Positions 22,912 to 33,150 of a stretch of DNA of 64,000 nucleotides are shown in pieces. The notes beneath the pieces are model-generated. The model searched no databases. It saw nothing but the letters and a program-made list of their open reading frames with translations, and was not told the DNA's origin. This DNA comes from Candidatus Bathyarchaeota archaeon (GTDB lineage: Archaea; Thermoproteota; Bathyarchaeia; Bathyarchaeales; DTEX01). How positions within the stretch are numbered: the first letter of the stretch is position 1; every line of letters starts with the position of its first letter. The stretch spans positions 22,591 through 86,590 of the forward strand of contig CAVQNT010000006.1 in NCBI GenBank assembly GCA_963714275.1, in the 5' to 3' direction. The translations under genes were made by a program, and so were the position numbers.

Positions 22912-23487
22912 GTGATTAAATTGCCTTGGTATAGGACATCTGGAAAACTGATGACTCCAATATCTGATGAAGATTTCATAAATGTTATGACTGATGGTTA
23001 TTTTGTAAAAAGAAAACATAAAGGATTCATAGCCCTTCTCTACTATTCTGCTGTTAGAAAAAGAGAGGCTTTGAGAGCCAAAAAAGATCAATTTAGGATT
23101 CTTAATGATCGAGTAATTTTCGAAGTCGGAAAAAGATTGAAACATGGCTTACAGACTCCACCTTTGAATATTCCTCTATCTGCTCCTTACGTTGATGAAA
23201 TAGCTTGGAGTATCATGAACACAGAACCGAATCATGCAGTATGGCCTTATAGTTCAAAAACGGCTTACAACATTGTTAGAAGAATTTTTCCCGGATATCC
23301 CCATTATTTTCGTCTTAACCGTATAACCACCTTTTTTGAAGAAGGTTGGACCATTGCCCAAGTTAGAACATGGACAGGATTAAGTTTGAACGCATTAGAA
23401 TTTTATGTTGGATTAGTGGATGTCAAAAGAATGGGCGAATCTCTTGGGAGGAAGTACAAAGAAGCTTCTGCAAATGAGAAAAAATGA
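22912..23487 (+). CDS. short tyrosine recombinase/integrase (catalytic domain only)
   Basis: 191 aa. YYSAVRKREAL (Arg I), YPHYFRLNRITT (HxxR), and LNALEFYVG (Tyr). Confidence 0.7.
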   Translation: MIKLPWYRTSGKLMTPISDEDFINVMTDGYFVKRKHKGFIALLYYSAVRKREALRAKKDQFRILNDRVIFEVGKRLKHGLQTPPLNIPLSAPYVDEIAWSIMNTEPNHAVWPYSSKTAYNIVRRIFPGYPHYFRLNRITTFFEEGWTIAQVRTWTGLSLNALEFYVGLVDVKRMGESLGRKYKEASANEKK

Positions 23488-23539
23488 GGAAGAATGGTTA
23501 ATGGCTGATTACTTTTACTCAATAATAAAACATTAAGGT

Positions 23540-23585
23540 ACATTGGTGAAATGAAACGTTAATATAATATTAATATCACCAATGT
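23540..23585. repeat. perfect 10-bp inverted repeat ACATTGGTGA / TCACCAATGT around an AT palindrome (TTAATATAATATTAA)
   Basis: Read directly from the sequence, ~50 nt downstream of the integrase stop. It could be a hairpin terminator or a protein-binding site. Confidence 0.6.
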
Positions 23586-23699
23586 CACCCAATTGTCTAA
23601 ATAGGCATTTGTAAAGACGAGTTTATGCATAGTTTTGCCTAGATCTGATGCATAGAAGTAACCAATCGATTGTTGTTTCGACATTCTGATTCGAGTTTT

Positions 23700-23719
23700 T
23701 GGATACAAAAGCATCAACA
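23700..23719 (-). repeat. copy D of the repeated motif
   Basis: The plus strand reads TGGATACAAAAGCATCAACA. It lies 85-115 nt upstream of the MBL-fold hydrolase gene. Confidence 0.9.
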
Positions 23720-23802
23720 TAGCGCATGGTGATATGTTGATTTTCTTTTTTTCTATTTCTTTTCAGTTGAGTTAGTGATTCAATACTTATTTACTGGTAA
23801 TC

Positions 23803-24638
23803 TTGTCTTATTGTCTAAAGGTGTCATTAAAGATGAAAACTGGAGAATGGTTTAAAACAAGACGCGTAAGCAGCGGAACAATAGCAATAGATGATCACGG
23901 TTCCGATGTAATGTACCTCATCACCGGAGACAAGAAATGCCTTCTTATAGATACTGGTTGGGGGATTGGCGATCTTCCTAAGTTAATATCCTCGTTTTCA
24001 TCTTTGCCCTTAACGGTAATGAATACTCATGGTCACCCAGACCACACATACGGGAACAGTGTATTCAATCAAGTTCGCATACACGAGGCTGACAAATATT
24101 TCATCGACAAGCCTTCAAGTGCTGAATCAAAAAAGTGGATCGTGGAAAACGTTCTACCGAAACCGTTACCCAAAAACTTTACCCCAGACACGTGGGCTGC
24201 AAAAGTACCTTCCATACAAACAATTAAGGATAGTCATGTCTTCGATTTAGGCAATCGTCATTTGCAAACTGTTTGTGTTCCCGGCCATACACCGGCTCAA
24301 TCTGCTTGCTAGATCGTGAAAATCGGTTATTGTTCACGGGCGACACAATTCAGAATCCAACTTGGCTTCACCTGCAGGAATCGCTTCCTCTCAGCCAGTT
24401 TCACAAGAACCTGAAGCAGCTGCAATCCAAAATGGACGAGGTTGACTGCTTTCTACCTGGGCATGCAAATCTGAAGACGTTACCGTTACCAAAACAGAAT
24501 ATTAATGAGCTTGTGGCGGGTATCGAGCAAATTCTAAAAGGAAAACTTGTGGGACGAGAAGAAAAAACGTTCGCAGGCGATGGGTTACGCTGCGATTTTG
24601 GCTCAACGGGTATTGTCTACCGACCCAATCATCTATAA
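23803..24638 (+). CDS. MBL-fold metallo-hydrolase; frame broken near 24285-24300
   Basis: LIDTGWG, NTHGHPDHTYGN, VPGHTP then (shifted) GSICLLDRENRLLFTGDT and LPGHAN. The likely true start is ATG 23833. Confidence 0.7.
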
Positions 24639-24779
24639 TTGTTCACTACCGTTTACTTTGACTAATTCAAAGGCTATGATATCGGTTTGCATCACTATAA
24701 TTATAATAAAGGTAACTGAGTCAAATTTGGACAGGTGTTGGTTATTTTTTTCTTTTAACCTTCATTCTATTTTCCAGTT

Positions 24780-25706
24780 TCATTTTGGACGAAGGAAGAC
24801 ATGTTTGTTATAGATTTTTATTATCTTATCAAAGGTTTGGTTAGGAGTCTGGGTGAGTGAAGCGACACGATCAAGAATCTCCGTTTGAAGGTTATTAAGC
24901 TGGTAATCAGGGTTCATTATTTTCCATAAGTTCCAAGGGATTCCAACTAAGTATGGCACTGTTTCAAATTTGTTCAGAGAGGCTAAATCTCTCACAAGGT
25001 TTCCTCGTATGAACCACAGCCCATGTATATTACTTAACCCAAATCTTTGCGGATCATAACCCTCATTTCTACACATGTCCCATGCTTTTCCAGCTACAAT
25101 GAACTCATTCTCCGGGATGTCGCAAGTATCAAAGTTGATATGCAGACAATCTCTCTGGAACTCGTCAATCTGAGGGTCCACCTTAATCCATCTCTTCTGT
25201 TCTGCACACCAATATTCACATATCCAGTGATCCTCAAAATAATATGGTGGCGAAAAATATTTTGCGAAGCCACATCGGGCGCGAGCTGGGACTCCTTTTT
25301 GCCTAAAGATGGAACATAGGACAATACTGAAGTCCCTGCAACAGCCAATAGAGCGTTTCTCAAAAGACCTTTCTTTTGTAAAGGATCGACTGTCCAGTTC
25401 TAGGATTATTTTGATTCTATCCTTTACGAGGAATAGTTTCAACTCTTTCTGCACACGTATCTTTTCTACATCTATCCTATATCTTGTCAGCCACATATCA
25501 TGGATGATTAGGTCTTGTACTATTTTACATATAGTTAGAATATCCATTGGCAATTCTTTGAAGAGAGATCCATATTGGCCCGGATCAGTAATTTCTCCGT
25601 GTGAAGAATAGTATTCCAACGCTTTCATATTTTGGCTTGTTTTCATGATGTGTCTCCATTTAAGAATCGATACTCCTTTGGAATAAAAAATTCTGTCATA
25701 CATCAA
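24780..25706 (-). CDS. transglutaminase-like cysteine protease-fold protein
   Basis: GCCRDFSIVLCSIFRQKGVPARARCGF (Cys) and EDHWICEYW (His). Confidence 0.65.
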   Translation of the reverse strand: MMYDRIFYSKGVSILKWRHIMKTSQNMKALEYYSSHGEITDPGQYGSLFKELPMDILTICKIVQDLIIHDMWLTRYRIDVEKIRVQKELKLFLVKDRIKIILELDSRSFTKERSFEKRSIGCCRDFSIVLCSIFRQKGVPARARCGFAKYFSPPYYFEDHWICEYWCAEQKRWIKVDPQIDEFQRDCLHINFDTCDIPENEFIVAGKAWDMCRNEGYDPQRFGLSNIHGLWFIRGNLVRDLASLNKFETVPYLVGIPWNLWKIMNPDYQLNNLQTEILDRVASLTQTPNQTFDKIIKIYNKHVFLRPK

Positions 25707-25728
25707 GTAGAATGTATGTTATATGCTT

Positions 25729-26769
25729 TTACAATGTTATCTGGATTTTCATGGGATTTCCTGTTTTATTGATGTTGACTTCGAATGCTTCATTAATTTG
25801 TTCAAGCGAAAAAACGTTCGTAACAAATGGTTTCACGACAGACTTTACCCGAGGATACAGCTTTTATCGCTGCGGGAAACACGTTTGCATAACGATGTAT
25901 ACCTTGGATTCTAAGTTCTTTGGAGATAACCTTGTTGAGAGGCATTTATACATCCTTTGGTGGGTAGCCAACGAGAACAATTCTACCTCCAGGTCTTACT
26001 ATATCTATGGACTGTTGGATTGCTGATGATGCGCCAGAAGCCTCAATAACGATGTCGATGCCTTTGTTGTCTGTGAGCTCCATGATTTTTTCCATAATAT
26101 TTTCTTTCGCTGTGTTGATGACTTCATTTGCTCCGAACTTTTTTGCGTATTCAAGCCTGTAGTCAACGACATCGGTAACAAATATTTCAGGAACACCATA
26201 AGTCTTTGCACTTGAAGCGCCATTTGCCCAATCGGTCCTGCTCCTAACACTGCCACGATGTCTTGAGCCATAACCTCACCCATTTTTGTTGCCATCATAC
26301 CGACTGCCAAGGGTTCAATCATCGCGCCTTCCTCATACGACATTTCATCTGGCATAACGTAAACATTCTGTTCGGGCGCAGAGATATATTCAGCAAAAGC
26401 TCCGTCGTAAGGTGGGGCAGCGTAGAACTTGACCTCTCTGCAAAGGTTATATCTTCCTGTTTTACAATATTCGCATTTTCCGCACGTGAAACCAGGTTCA
26501 ATGACTACTCTTTGCCCAATCTTGAGGTTTTTTACTTCATCACCTATTTCCATTATTTCTCCTGCACATTCGTGTCCAAGAATTAAGGGTTTTTTAACTA
26601 TGAACGAGGCGATGGAGCCTTCTAGATAGAAATGTATATCGGATCCGCAGACACCTACTCGCTTCATTTTCACGAGTACTTCATTAGAATCAATCTGAGG
26701 GATGGAAACTTCTTCGACACGCAGATCTAGAGGTTTATGTAATACAGCGGCTTTCATTTTTCCCTTCAT
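25729..26769 (-). CDS. zinc-dependent alcohol/polyol dehydrogenase (sorbitol/threonine dehydrogenase family); at least 3 frame breaks in the C-terminal half
   Basis: GVCGSDIHFY, GHECAGEI, CGKCEYCKTGRYNLC, LGAGPIG. The shifted frames continue AKTYGVPEIFVTDV...GIDIVIEASGASSAIQQSIDIVRPGGRIVLVGYP...NEAFEV...KIQITL*. Confidence 0.75.
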
Positions 26770-26911
26770 GTTTTATTCGCCTTCGACTTTCATGAAATGA
26801 ATTAAATATTAAGTCTTTTACGCATATAGACTTAAAATATCATTGGCTTTTCGATGTTATCGGCACATTTATATTCACTTATTGTTATTAACTGATGAAT
26901 TCAGGTTGTGA

Positions 26912-27566
26912 ATGTCATTGCAATTTAGCTTACAAAGGTTGCGTTCGGTATTCGTTCTACCCATAATAATCTTTTTGCTCATAGTTCCCATCTCGGTTCT
27001 TGCTTGTTTCGGTATTATATATTTTACGTTCACATCCCACCAAAGAGGCGATTTTCTTTGGTTCGAAAACCAGTATATGGAGCTTGAGTTTCCAGAAAAT
27101 TGGTTCGGGAGCTCCGTTAGAATATGTTAATTCGACATCTGGGAATACTTATAGTGCCGTTTTCATCGCACCAAACGTTTTTTTAGCCATCGGAATAACG
27201 ATCTACGATAGATCGGCAACTCAGACTTATATTGACAAATATAATTTGACAAACACTCGCGCTATTCTAGTTTTTGAGTCAAACAGAACATACCATAACA
27301 TCCTTGAATCCAACAGTAACGCGACCCTAGAAATGGTTGAAAATGGCACAAGATCAGTAGCTGGCTATGAAGCTGACTATTCAATTTACATCATTAGAAA
27401 CAGCTATGTTGAAAATAACGTGACAAAAAACATTTCCTATTTGACAATATTCTATAATGCTAATGGACAACTGGTGCAAATTGCTTACTGGGGAAATGAA
27501 GAAGTCTTTGAACAGTCACGTCAAACATTCGAAACGGTCTTAACCCAAATGAGTGTGAAAACATGA
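26912..27566 (+). CDS. hypothetical membrane-anchored, N-glycosylation-sequon-rich extracellular protein; frame broken near 27105
   Basis: N-terminal TM helix (VFVLPIIIFLLIVPISVLACFGIIYF), then a soluble part with many NxS/T sites. Confidence 0.4.
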
Positions 27567-28072
27567 AAAAAGATACGTCTGAACATGGCTCTTATGAACG
27601 AATGGATCTGGTCCACATATTAATAGGTGGAGGCATATCCTTCGGAATAACGGTCCTCCTTATCGACATCGTCCAAAATCTACTTCAGCAAATCCTTTAC
27701 AATCTAGGCATGGCAGGAGTCGTATTCTTCATAGATTACTACCAATTTGCCCGAGGACTGTTTGTGTTCGGACTGGTCTATTTAACCAGCGGCTTCAGTG
27801 GCGGACTCTACACAGGATACAATGTATACATAAACTTGAGAAGGACTCTATTCTTTCCCGCCGTGATTAGTACTGTAGGCTTCATTTTATTAGCAACGAT
27901 TTTTGCCAACTACCCCATTACGCCTCAGTTTACGGGTTTAATGGTTCTTCAGTTCGCTGGAAGCTTATTAGGTTCATATTTAGGTGGATACGCGATAAAC
28001 TGGACATTATTACACGAGAAACAAGAATCTCCGAACAAGTTAACGCTTGAAATTCGTAAAAAAGCTAGTTAA
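27563..28072 (+). CDS. integral membrane protein, unknown function
   Basis: 169 aa with four predicted helices. Its start overlaps the upstream stop (ATGA). Confidence 0.45.
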   Translation: MKKDTSEHGSYERMDLVHILIGGGISFGITVLLIDIVQNLLQQILYNLGMAGVVFFIDYYQFARGLFVFGLVYLTSGFSGGLYTGYNVYINLRRTLFFPAVISTVGFILLATIFANYPITPQFTGLMVLQFAGSLLGSYLGGYAINWTLLHEKQESPNKLTLEIRKKAS

Positions 28073-28086
28073 AAGTAATGTGATTG

Positions 28087-29469
28087 TTAAAGAACAATCA
28101 TTATCGTAACATCATTAACATTGGTGCCCGTCGGACCTGTGTAAATAAGTCCACCAACACGGGAAAAGAACTCAAATGAATCATTGTTTTTCATAAACAT
28201 TCCTGCATCTAGCATAAGTTCCCTAGAATACCTCAATGTTTCGCCATCAACAAGAGCTCCCGCGGCATCAGTTGGTCCGTCAACCCCGTCCGTACTTATT
28301 GAAGCTATTACGACTTTGTCTAATCCCTCAATCTTTAATGCTGCAGCCAAGGCAAGCTCTTGATTCCGTCCTCCTTTACCCTTTCCGGTAACTGTGACGG
28401 TTGTTTCGCCGCCGACCACTATTCCAACTGGTGGAGGTAATGGATTACATGAAGTCAGAACTTCCTTTGTTAATGCGCTGAGTGTTGTTCCAACTTCTCT
28501 TGCTTCACCTTCCATGAAAGATGAAAGAAACATTGTGTTAAGTCCAGACTTTTTCATTGCTTTTACTGCAGCTTGGCACGCAAGACGATTGTTGCCTATG
28601 ACAACATTGTAAACTTTTTTAAAGATTGGATCGTCTTTTTTCGGGGTCTCTTCAATTAATCCCTTTTTTCCTTCTGAAAGAACCTTTTTTACAGAAACCG
28701 GGACTTTCTCCAACAGATCATACCTTTTTAGAATTCTATTTGCATCTTCGAAGGATGATGAATCGGGAACGGTTGGACCTGAGGCTATCACATCCAGGGG
28801 GTCGCCGAGGACGTCTGATAACAGAAGCCCTAGAACTGTCGCTGGATAAGCTGCTTTTGCGAGTTGTCCGCCTTTGAAGGCTGAGATGTGTTTTCGTACG
28901 GTGTTTATCTCGTTTATCGTGGCTCCGCACTTTAAAAGTAAGTTTGTCACTTTCTGTTTGTCCTCAAGAAGAATGCCTGTTCTTGGTAGAGCCATCAAGC
29001 TTGAACCTCCGCCTGAAATCAAACAAATAACCAAATCATCCTCTTGGGCGTGACTGACCAAGTTTACGATTTTTCTGGCTCCTTCGACGCTGCTGTTGTC
29101 CGGTATAGGGTGACTAGCTTCATGGATGGCGGTCTTTTTTGTTTTGTACTTACCAGAGGTTCCCTTCGGAACAACTATTAGACCATTTTTTATTCGGTCT
29201 CCGAGGATTTCCTCTAAGGCTTCTGCCATGAAACCGCTGGCTTTACCTCCGCCGACAATAAGTATGTTATTGAAAGATGATAAGTCAAACGATTTTTCGC
29301 CTACAATCAATGTCTCATTCGTCAATTGCAATTGGGACTTTACAACTTTTTTGGGCTCAACCTCACCAAGTAACGCTTCAATGGCATCCAAAACAATTTC
29401 TCTCACTTTCCTGTTTGTGGATGAGAAAGCGTTGTCTAATAATTCTTGCTTGTTCAACACCTTTACCAT
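28087..29469 (-). CDS. MOFRL-family glycerate 2-kinase / hydroxypyruvate reductase-like protein
   Basis: 460 aa. VGGGKASGFMAEALEEILG, LISGGGSSLM, GGETTVTVTGKGKGGRNQELALAAA, and STDGVDGPTDAAGA. Confidence 0.7.
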   Translation of the reverse strand: MVKVLNKQELLDNAFSSTNRKVREIVLDAIEALLGEVEPKKVVKSQLQLTNETLIVGEKSFDLSSFNNILIVGGGKASGFMAEALEEILGDRIKNGLIVVPKGTSGKYKTKKTAIHEASHPIPDNSSVEGARKIVNLVSHAQEDDLVICLISGGGSSLMALPRTGILLEDKQKVTNLLLKCGATINEINTVRKHISAFKGGQLAKAAYPATVLGLLLSDVLGDPLDVIASGPTVPDSSSFEDANRILKRYDLLEKVPVSVKKVLSEGKKGLIEETPKKDDPIFKKVYNVVIGNNRLACQAAVKAMKKSGLNTMFLSSFMEGEAREVGTTLSALTKEVLTSCNPLPPPVGIVVGGETTVTVTGKGKGGRNQELALAAALKIEGLDKVVIASISTDGVDGPTDAAGALVDGETLRYSRELMLDAGMFMKNNDSFEFFSRVGGLIYTGPTGTNVNDVTIMIVL

Positions 29470-29928
29470 GCGTTTCTTTCCTCACTAAAAATTATTAATC
29501 GCCTTTATTGTTGAATTGTAAGCCGTGACACACAATTTCTGGCATACATATAGCATGTATTTATGTTTTTTGAGCCTATACGATTTTTTAATATTTTCGC
29601 GATTTCACAATCATTGTTTTGAGTGTTTTGGTTGAAAATGGACATTTAAAATGTCTTAAATAATCATTAATCGAAATATCCCTTTTTTCAGTCTTTTTTG
29701 GACCAAATTTATATTCATTGCACACCATGGATTCTTTTTTGGATTTTTTTATAAATCGGATGCTTTTTTTCAACAGTATACTATGTATTAATAGTTTATT
29801 TTTAGAAAATATAAAAGTTCTTTAATGATTTGGTCATTAAAAACATCCATAATCCAAACCTGTATAGCAATTTTAGGATATGATTTTAAGGATAAATTTT
29901 GTATCCAAATTTTTTAATTAACAGTTTA

Positions 29929-31038
29929 TTATTCAATCATCATCGAATATTGTTCTTCGTAGTCTGCAACTACATTAATTTGGCCACGAATTTCCTTATC
30001 CAGTAAGGGATCACCAGAGTCTACTCTAAGATTTTTCAGTTCCCCGAGCTTACTTTTTGTAGCAATAATAATGATGTTTTTTGTTCCAACTTTCCTGATA
30101 ACAGATGAACTGATCTGCTGGTTTCCTCTGCCAAAAATGAACCCTTGCCCTCCTATCGGCGTCACGACAATCTTTACATTTCTGTTTTGTATTCTTTTCA
30201 GGATTTCATTCTCGTTCACATCATAGGCTATAATCTTTCTATTACAGAGTAGGTCTACCCCGAGAAGTGTCTTTTTTTCCTCAAGCAAATCAGTAATGGT
30301 CCGAGTGGTCGTTCCTGGACCAACAATGTATATAACATCGGGAACTATGATTTTTTCAATAAAGTATACAGTTATTGCAGCTTGGTTCCGAAGCTCATCC
30401 TCAGTGATCGGGCTGGCAACTTTTATGCTTTGAACCAAATTTGGCTCGTAAGGGGTGAGGACATAACCGTAAAGCCTCGCTGAGACGCGACCACTTCGGA
30501 AAGCTTCCTCATCAACATCCATAACCTCGGCTTCTCTCAAAGGAAGCCTCTCGAAAAGAAAACGGGATGTTATACTGGCTGCTGATTCAGGATTAAATGC
30601 GAACACTGCGCTGTGCATTTTTACACCTGTTGGTACACCTAAAACTGGAAGATGGGCGTCGACAGCGTCCATTATGTTTCTGGCTGTTCCGTCTCCTCCG
30701 CAGAAGACAAACAAGTCCACGCCTTCATCCAACATTTCCCTTGCTGCATTCTTTGTGTCTATAGCGCTTGTCTCATCTTTTACTTCACCAAAAATACCAC
30801 ATGTGAATCCTATGTTTTGAGCTTCGGAAGCTCCCATCATACCCGCAGCAGCCATAATTTGGATTTCGTTTTTCAATGGCTTTAAAAAAGAAAGAAACAA
30901 TTCAGCTCTTTTAGGCGCTATCAGTTTTGCGCCGAGAGTTCTAGCTTTATTAAGAATTTCCCTGCCATCGGTTCCTTTCAAACCGACAGCTCCGCCCATG
31001 CCTGCAATGGGATTGACGATTAAACCAAGTTTTTTCAT
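29929..31038 (-). CDS. ATP-NAD kinase-like (COG3199-type) protein
   Basis: 369 aa. LGLIVNPIAGMGGAVGLKGTDG, and FCGGDGTARN (the GGDGT motif of NAD/diacylglycerol kinase-fold enzymes). Confidence 0.6.
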   Translation of the reverse strand: MKKLGLIVNPIAGMGGAVGLKGTDGREILNKARTLGAKLIAPKRAELFLSFLKPLKNEIQIMAAAGMMGASEAQNIGFTCGIFGEVKDETSAIDTKNAAREMLDEGVDLFVFCGGDGTARNIMDAVDAHLPVLGVPTGVKMHSAVFAFNPESAASITSRFLFERLPLREAEVMDVDEEAFRSGRVSARLYGYVLTPYEPNLVQSIKVASPITEDELRNQAAITVYFIEKIIVPDVIYIVGPGTTTRTITDLLEEKKTLLGVDLLCNRKIIAYDVNENEILKRIQNRNVKIVVTPIGGQGFIFGRGNQQISSSVIRKVGTKNIIIIATKSKLGELKNLRVDSGDPLLDKEIRGQINVVADYEEQYSMMIE

Positions 31039-31123
31039 GTTTTTCCCTTGTGAACGTTTAACTGGTTCTAGGAATCATGATGTTTATTAGCCTTTTTTAT
31101 AATATTTGTGAACGATTATTGAG

Positions 31124-31979
31124 ATGAATGAGCACGGGAAGACTTCTAAAAACTTAATTTACCTAGGAGTTGCATTAGTTGTCACGTTGTGTTTCTTCTT
31201 TGTTGAGCTAATTGGAAGTTTCTTAACAAACAGTCTTGCCCTTCTAACCGATGCTTGGCACATGTTGAACGATGCTTTTGCCCTAGCTCTTTCGATGATA
31301 GACTGCTTGGATTGCTCAAAGACCAGAAACAAATAAAAGGACTTATGGCTATTATCGAGCGGAGATTTTGGCAGCTTTTCTGCAAGGAGTACTGCTGTGG
31401 ATCGTTGTTTTCTATGTGTTCTTTAAATCTTTTGAACGGTTTCAGCAGCCTTCTCAAGTCATGAGCTTTAACATGCTTATCATTGCTGTCTTCGGTCTTC
31501 TGTCTAACGGATTATCTGCAGCCATTCTTTCGAGGGCAGGCGACGAAAGTTTGAACATTAAAGGCGCTGCTTTACACGTAATTTCAGACGGTTTAGGCTC
31601 AGTAGGCGCAATCCTTGCAGGGATCATCATGTTTTTTACAGGATGGTACCAAGCTGACGCATTGATTAGCGCGTTAATTGGTATTCTGATTCTGTATAGC
31701 TCGGGAAAAATTGTCAAAGAATCAATAAATGTTCTTCTTGAAGGTGTCCCTTCACACATGAGCCTTGAAGACATTGAAAAAAGAATTCTAGAAGTAAAAG
31801 GCGTAAAAGGAGTCCACGATCTTCACGTGTGGTGCATTTCGCCATCGAGAATGTGCATAATGAGCGGTCATGTAGTTGTAGAAGAAGACGTAGACAAGAA
31901 GAATGTTATGTGGCTATTAATCCATATTCTCAAAGAAGAATTTGGAATAGACCACACCACAATCCAGGCTGGAAGATGA
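31124..31979 (+). CDS. cation diffusion facilitator (CzcD/ZitB-like) divalent metal exporter; frame broken near 31300
   Basis: LLTDAWHMLNDAFALALSMI then (shifted) AWIAQRPETNKRTYGYYRAEILAAFLQG, then HVISDGLGSVG and the cytoplasmic domain VHDLHVWCIS. Confidence 0.75.
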
Positions 31980-32339
31980 AGGATATCCAAAGGCGCCTGG
32001 TGAACACCCTTAATAAACAATTGAACTACCTCGCCAGCGACGGTCAGAATCAAAGTATTAACTACGTATTTTCTTGATAAAAATCCGCAGTCTGGTTCAT
32101 TCACAATCTTTAGTTACTAGGTTGTTTGTCTAGTCTGGCTAGCAGGCTTATTTCTAAAATATGAGTGACCCTTCAACGATTTTACCATAAATCATAAAGT
32201 TCTTATTAGAGAGCCCAATAATATTCGTAAACTTCCGCAATCAGGAAGGTTTAGTTGATAAGAGCTTACGGAAGACAAGCTCATGGTTATGCAGCTCTCA
32301 AGAAGACACACTCAAGAAAAACTTCTTGTAGAGCGAATC

Positions 32340-33149
32340 ATGTATACAAAGCGATACTCACTTATTCTTGACAATGAAAAATGCGTTGGATGCGAAATTT
32401 GCAGAATCGCCTGTCCGCGGGAAGCAATTACTGTCGTAAAATCGCCAAAAGTAGAAGGCACAAAGTTAAGTAAATCCGCGGTAAACTTGGATGAGACTAA
32501 ATGTTCCTTCTGCGGAATCTGCACTGCGATATGCCCATTCAGCGCCCTTGCTTTAACAATGAACGACAACAAATGGGTCCCTGTTCTCGAGAAGGAGGCT
32601 TTCCCGCAGGTCATCCACGAAGTGACGGTTGACGAATCAAAATGTCCAGTTGACTGCACAAAATGCGAAGAAGCATGCCCATTTAAACTCATAAAGGTCA
32701 CATCCGACAAAGCTTCGGGTCGTGTGCACGTCCAAGTTGACAAAGAACACTGTCCAGGCTGCCAATTGTGTGAGGTCAAATGCCCAAACGGAGCCATTAC
32801 TACGAGGAAGATTTTCTCGGGTTTAATAGCAATAGACAGTATGAAGTGTCCCGAGAACTGCCATGACTGCGTTGATGTTTGCCCTGTACTTGATGTCTTA
32901 AGTCTTTCAGAGGATGGTAAAGTCGAGGTTTACGAAAAACACTGCATCTATTGCGGAGCCTGCAAGGTCGTTTGCCCTATTAAAAATGCACTTTTTCTAC
33001 AAATGAGTTCAGTGTACCATACGCCTATACATTCGGGAGCGTGGAATAAAGCGCTTGAAAAACTCGCAACTGTCAACGGGGTAACTAGGGAACTGAGAAG
33101 CAATTCGTCCATGAAGGTCCGTGAGACTGTAAAGAAACGTTTCAGCTGA
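32340..33149 (+). CDS. polyferredoxin (about 6 x 4Fe-4S CxxCxxCxxxCP motifs)
   Basis: CVGCEICRIACP, CSFCGICTAICP, CTKCEEACP, CPGCQLCEVKCP, CHDCVDVCP, CIYCGACKVVCP. The ORF track starts at 32283; ATG 32340 is the more likely start. Confidence 0.7.
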   Translation: MYTKRYSLILDNEKCVGCEICRIACPREAITVVKSPKVEGTKLSKSAVNLDETKCSFCGICTAICPFSALALTMNDNKWVPVLEKEAFPQVIHEVTVDESKCPVDCTKCEEACPFKLIKVTSDKASGRVHVQVDKEHCPGCQLCEVKCPNGAITTRKIFSGLIAIDSMKCPENCHDCVDVCPVLDVLSLSEDGKVEVYEKHCIYCGACKVVCPIKNALFLQMSSVYHTPIHSGAWNKALEKLATVNGVTRELRSNSSMKVRETVKKRFS

Positions 33150-33150
33150 G

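Larger units (their letters stand above)
22709..23719. mobile_element. candidate ~1 kb integrase cassette bounded by inverted copies (C and D) of the 20-nt motif
   Basis: The segment carries only a 191-aa tyrosine recombinase. It is visibly more AT-rich than the flanking proB and MBL genes. The ends are TGTTGATGCTTTTGTATCCA and its exact reverse complement. Confidence 0.35.
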
